The notes under the pieces were generated by a model, which saw only the letters and a program-made list of their open reading frames with translations, had not been told where the DNA came from and did no database searches. From Verrucomicrobiota bacterium (lineage in GTDB: Bacteria > Verrucomicrobiota > Verrucomicrobiia > Opitutales > Seribacteraceae), in the NCBI GenBank assembly GCA_027622665.1, contig JAQBYT010000008.1, forward strand, positions 32,001 to 96,000: a stretch of 64,000 nt of DNA. The letters are read 5' to 3'. The translations under genes were made by a program, and so were the position numbers. Below, one piece after another: positions 57,728 to 64,000 of this stretch. The first letter of the stretch is position 1. The number at the start of each line of letters is the position of its first letter.

Positions 57728-58960
57728 ATGAACAAAAAAGAACAAGAAAAACCAAATGATGGAGCGGCTCGACTTACCTTCCGGTACGATTTGCTTCGGA
57801 GCACGATGACGGGTGTTCTGGAAACAGGCTTTTCCACTTTCGGGTTACTGGTTGCCATCAGAGCCTTCGAATCTTCGGAAACTTGGAAAAGCCTGCTTTC
57901 GGGAGCGGTATCGGCAGGTTTGTTGGTTGTTCCTTGGGTAATGGGGATTGCCGCTCGGTCTCGTATGAACGTGACCACCTTCGGGGCGTGCCTAATGGTT
58001 TTGTGCGCAGGTTCCATAGCCGGTGCGGTTGTTGCCGAAGGCGCGGTTAGCTTTACGTTCTTTCTTGTGGCGGCTCAACTCTGCGTGGCTCAATTACCAA
58101 GCTTGATGATTCATGTCTACAGTCTCAACTACGCTCCTGAAGAGCGAGGTAGACGCTTGTCTTGGAATATTATCGTATCCGCTCTCATCGGCATGACGAT
58201 TTCTTACGGTTTTGGTGTGTACCTTGACCGAAATCCGGAAAATTATTCATGGATTTTTGCGGGAATGGCCTTGGTGGCGCTTGCTTCCGCGGCGACCTTA
58301 CTTCCCATTCCTTCCCTACCACTGGACCTGCCGAAGAAAACACAGGTGTCCTTTTTCTCAGGGTTTTCCATCGCATGGGAGGACAAACTCTTCGGACGGA
58401 TGCTCTGTGGGTGGATGGTCATGGGGTTTGGGGTACTGATGACTTTGCCACTGCGTGTTGAGTATCTTGCCGGCGAAGGAGGATTGGGAATGAGTAACGA
58501 GGAAGTGACTTTAGTTGCCGTGGTCGTGTTTTCCATCGCTAGAATCTTGAGTGCCCGCCTCTGGGGGGGGTTGTTCGATCACCTCCACTTCATCGGATTT
58601 CGTCTATTGCTGAACATATTCCTGCTTCTCGCTTCACTTGTCTATTTCAACGCCGAGAGTTTCATCGGAGTTTGCATAGGAGCAACATTAGCCGGAATTG
58701 GAACTGGTGGTTCTTCGATCGCGTGGAGTTTGTGGGTGACGAAACTAGCCCCCAAAGGACGTGAAGCCGAGTACATGGGAGCTCATGTCGCTTTTACGGG
58801 AGTAAGGGGCGTGCTGGCTCCTTTTCTGGGTTACTGGGTGTTGTCGAAGGCAGGCTTTTCGGGAGTGGCTTGGATCTCGGCATCACTCATCTTGGCATCT
58901 TCGTTTATGTTTGCCGCAGTTTTGCGGCACCCACGATTTCGGCTCGATAGTTCCAATTAA
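57728..58960 (+). CDS. MFS transporter
   Basis: About 12 TM helices; Y...ERGR, LWGGLFD, AP......YM......TGVRG. Confidence 0.85.
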   Translation: MNKKEQEKPNDGAARLTFRYDLLRSTMTGVLETGFSTFGLLVAIRAFESSETWKSLLSGAVSAGLLVVPWVMGIAARSRMNVTTFGACLMVLCAGSIAGAVVAEGAVSFTFFLVAAQLCVAQLPSLMIHVYSLNYAPEERGRRLSWNIIVSALIGMTISYGFGVYLDRNPENYSWIFAGMALVALASAATLLPIPSLPLDLPKKTQVSFFSGFSIAWEDKLFGRMLCGWMVMGFGVLMTLPLRVEYLAGEGGLGMSNEEVTLVAVVVFSIARILSARLWGGLFDHLHFIGFRLLLNIFLLLASLVYFNAESFIGVCIGATLAGIGTGGSSIAWSLWVTKLAPKGREAEYMGAHVAFTGVRGVLAPFLGYWVLSKAGFSGVAWISASLILASSFMFAAVLRHPRFRLDSSN

Positions 58961-59086
58961 GGTGAAATTCTCGCCGGATGGGTTTGCTGAATATCGAGCT
59001 GTTTTTTGGAAGCGAGATCGGAATTAGAACATTGTGCTAATGTAACGATTCGGCAATAATCTACTCTAATTAAAGCATTTATCGAC

Positions 59087-60979
59087 TTGAGCATGACCCC
59101 TCTTCACACTTTTTGCCAATGCTGCAACCGATTAGTCTTCGCGGTACTTTTATTATTTTGCGTAGCGAGTTGTAGAACAAGTGAGGTGGCAATCATGCCT
59201 TCGGAAAAGTCTCTCGACGACTTTTCGAATCCCAACCAGTTGGGGACATATGAACTCTGGCAAAAAGTCATCGAGGAAACGGAAATCGAGAAAAAAGCGA
59301 AACTTGTGCTTTTGGATCATGGGGATGAAGCTCTTGCTGCCCGCATCAACCTAATACGTTCCTCCACAAAAAGCGTCCGAATTCAGACCTTCAATTGGAA
59401 AACGGATGAAACTGGCCGTTTCGTCCTTTGGGAACTCTTGCGTGCAGTGAAGCAACGCGGGATTCAGGTGGAAATACTCATCGACCAGATGTTTGGGGAG
59501 CAGGATCCCCAGATGGTCGCCTTCCTCGCCTCTTTCGACCCCAATTTTCGTATTAAGTTCTATAACCCGACCTTCAACCAGCTGGACCCATCCACCATAG
59601 AACAACTTGCCGATTTAGCCTACGATTTTCACGCCTTTAACGTACGTCATCATAACAAGTTGTTCATTGTGGACGATCAACTCGTAATTACGGGAGGTCG
59701 CAACTACGCGAACCGTTATTTCGATCGTGCCATCGGTTTGAACTACAAGGATCGTGACGTCTTGGTCGTAACTCCGGATCCCGAAGCTGCCCTGAATTCC
59801 TTTCGCGAGTATTGGGAATCGGATTTATCCGTGTCCTCGAGAGATTTGGAGGATATTCGTGAACTGATAGAAGATCAAGATTTCCCATCTCTTCTTACCA
59901 AGGAAAACTTTCGGCTGAATCACCTCTTTGGCGAACTTGCGAAAAGGGCAAGTGAAGAAAATTACGTCACCGATATCTTCATCAAGCCAATGGCGTTTGT
60001 TGAGGAAATCAAATGGGTTTTCGATTCTCCCGACAAAACCGTTCAATCCCCCGAATCACAAGCCAGCGTTGCTCAAGAATTGGCAGAGCTAGTGGCGAAT
60101 GCCAAAAGAGAAATCTTCATACAATCCCCTTACGTCGTATTGAGCGAAAAAGCCATTGCTCTCTTCCGTGAGATCAAAGCCAAGAACCCCGATCTACGGA
60201 TTGTCGTATCAACAAATAGTCTAGCGGCAACGGACAGCTGGACCACCTATGCGGCCAATTACAAGGAAAAGCGGCTTTATTTGGAAGAACTTGGCTTCGA
60301 GATGTGGGAATTCAAGCCGATGCCGCCGGATATTCACAAGATGATGGCCTACGATGCCCTTCTCTCTCGCCGACCAACAAACGATGAAATTGTCAATTAC
60401 CGTAGGATTCCTTTCAAGATCGATAAATCCCTTCCGGCATTCCCGTTCAACTCAGAGGCTTCGGAAAAAACTATTTACCGACTCGATCGCCGAAACGACC
60501 ACCTGCGCACCCCTCCTTTTCTGTCAATGCATGCCAAATCTATGGTCATTGACGAAGAAGTCGCCTATGTGGGTTCCTTCAATTTTGACCCTCGCTCGGT
60601 CGACTACAATACCGAAGTCGGTCTTATCGTTAGGGACAAGGCATTCGCTGAAAAACTTCGCCAAAGCATCCAGTTGATTGCATCGCCCGCAAATAGTTAT
60701 CGGATTGCGATCCAGAAGGGATTTCCAGTAATTCGCACATTCAACAGAATTCTTAATCGAATTTCGGAAAGCTTACCCCTTCTAGATCCTTGGCCCTTTC
60801 GAATCTATTCCTCTTTTCGTCTTAGGCAAGGCATGGAACCGGTACTGCCATCCAGTCCCATGTTTTACGAGAATTGGGAGGACGTTGGCAATTTTCCACA
60901 ACTTGGTTTTTTTGCCCGCAAGAAGGTGGCGGCACGTCTTTTCAAGAGTGCTGCAATGATTCTAAAACCCTTGCTCTAG
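59087..60979 (+). CDS. Phospholipase D family protein (ClsC/YmdC-like), probable lipoprotein
   Basis: Two HKD motifs (HNKLFIVD..GGRN; HAKSMVID..GSFNFDPRS..YNTE), TNSLAATD, lipobox VASC. Confidence 0.9.
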   Translation: MSMTPLHTFCQCCNRLVFAVLLLFCVASCRTSEVAIMPSEKSLDDFSNPNQLGTYELWQKVIEETEIEKKAKLVLLDHGDEALAARINLIRSSTKSVRIQTFNWKTDETGRFVLWELLRAVKQRGIQVEILIDQMFGEQDPQMVAFLASFDPNFRIKFYNPTFNQLDPSTIEQLADLAYDFHAFNVRHHNKLFIVDDQLVITGGRNYANRYFDRAIGLNYKDRDVLVVTPDPEAALNSFREYWESDLSVSSRDLEDIRELIEDQDFPSLLTKENFRLNHLFGELAKRASEENYVTDIFIKPMAFVEEIKWVFDSPDKTVQSPESQASVAQELAELVANAKREIFIQSPYVVLSEKAIALFREIKAKNPDLRIVVSTNSLAATDSWTTYAANYKEKRLYLEELGFEMWEFKPMPPDIHKMMAYDALLSRRPTNDEIVNYRRIPFKIDKSLPAFPFNSEASEKTIYRLDRRNDHLRTPPFLSMHAKSMVIDEEVAYVGSFNFDPRSVDYNTEVGLIVRDKAFAEKLRQSIQLIASPANSYRIAIQKGFPVIRTFNRILNRISESLPLLDPWPFRIYSSFRLRQGMEPVLPSSPMFYENWEDVGNFPQLGFFARKKVAARLFKSAAMILKPLL

Positions 60980-61042
60980 AGGATTTGCAGACCATTTATT
61001 CGTTGACTATAAACCGCCGAGCTTGTTCTAGTATAATTCTAT

Positions 61043-61666
61043 ATGAAACAAGTATTCTTTAGTCATTTTCTTTGTTTCCTGTCTCTCTTCTGGTTTACTT
61101 CCGTATCCGCCAAGTCGCGTCTTGGAGAGTACTATCTGGGATTTGGATATTCCATGGCGGATGGAGACAAGCAATCGTCACATGATACTGGAGATATTCT
61201 CTCCATCATGGCAAACAGTCCTGCCACTCAGTCTGCCGATTGGCGTTTGGCGCTGGAATACGGAAACTACGATTTGGTTCCTGATGGAGACAAAACTTCT
61301 TGGGGGCTAACCTTGGATTACATAATGCATTACGATGACTATGTCTTTCAAAACGGTATGTTTCGTCCTTATTTTGGCATCGGTCTCGGTTACTTCAGTG
61401 ATGGTGCCAAAATTCATCTGAACGACAACGGCTTTAACTGGAGTCTAATGGTGGGTTCGGAAATGTTGTTTACTGATGATCTATCCATGTACTTCGGTGG
61501 TAGTTTCTACGGGATGTGGAGCGATTTCGGCGACAATGACTGGAAGTGGGACGTCGGATTCACTTGGTGGATCAACGATATTCATGGAATCTCGATCGAT
61601 TACCAACGTCCCGCCGAGAAAAACATGAACTTCATCGGTCTTAAATACCTCTACTCTTGGCAGTAG
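61043..61666 (+). CDS. Small outer-membrane beta-barrel protein
   Basis: Signal peptide, alternating aromatic strands, RPYFGIGLGY, C-terminal GLKYLYSWQ. Confidence 0.75.
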   Translation: MKQVFFSHFLCFLSLFWFTSVSAKSRLGEYYLGFGYSMADGDKQSSHDTGDILSIMANSPATQSADWRLALEYGNYDLVPDGDKTSWGLTLDYIMHYDDYVFQNGMFRPYFGIGLGYFSDGAKIHLNDNGFNWSLMVGSEMLFTDDLSMYFGGSFYGMWSDFGDNDWKWDVGFTWWINDIHGISIDYQRPAEKNMNFIGLKYLYSWQ

Positions 61667-61681
61667 TCCTGTTGGACTTGT

Positions 61682-64000
<2,319 letters not shown>

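Overview
64-kb window of gene-dense bacterial chromosome. It most likely comes from a PVC-superphylum organism (Verrucomicrobiota/Opitutales-like). This is inferred from the PSD1/DUF1501/DUF3500 module, the extended LepB and the PQQ-like propeller protein, not from a marker gene. About 54 CDS are present. They include a sugar ABC transporter, amgK-murU, a HAD-pabB-pabA-pabC-folP-folB-folK folate operon, map, a ~13-kb MoxR/DUF58/vWA/HEAT/DUF4159 operon, malQ with an SSS transporter, lepA-lepB, dapA-dapB-ruvA, priA, a K+ channel, a phospholipase D, patB and the 5' part of ligA (absent from the ORF track). I recognised no rRNA, tRNA, CRISPR array, integrase or transposase. The main observations are: (1) two tandem integron-type gene cassettes (small membrane protein + HEPN-like protein) with two well-formed attC sites, apparently inserted at a GTTCA secondary site just upstream of amgK; (2) a QLDLF sliding-clamp-type motif inside an insertion in LigA; (3) an SSS symporter with an inserted two-repeat beta-rich domain; (4) a HAD phosphatase heading the folate operon; (5) a highly structured intergenic stretch that may be an ncRNA; (6) two pseudogenes. 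All product calls come from motif recognition by eye and were not checked against databases.
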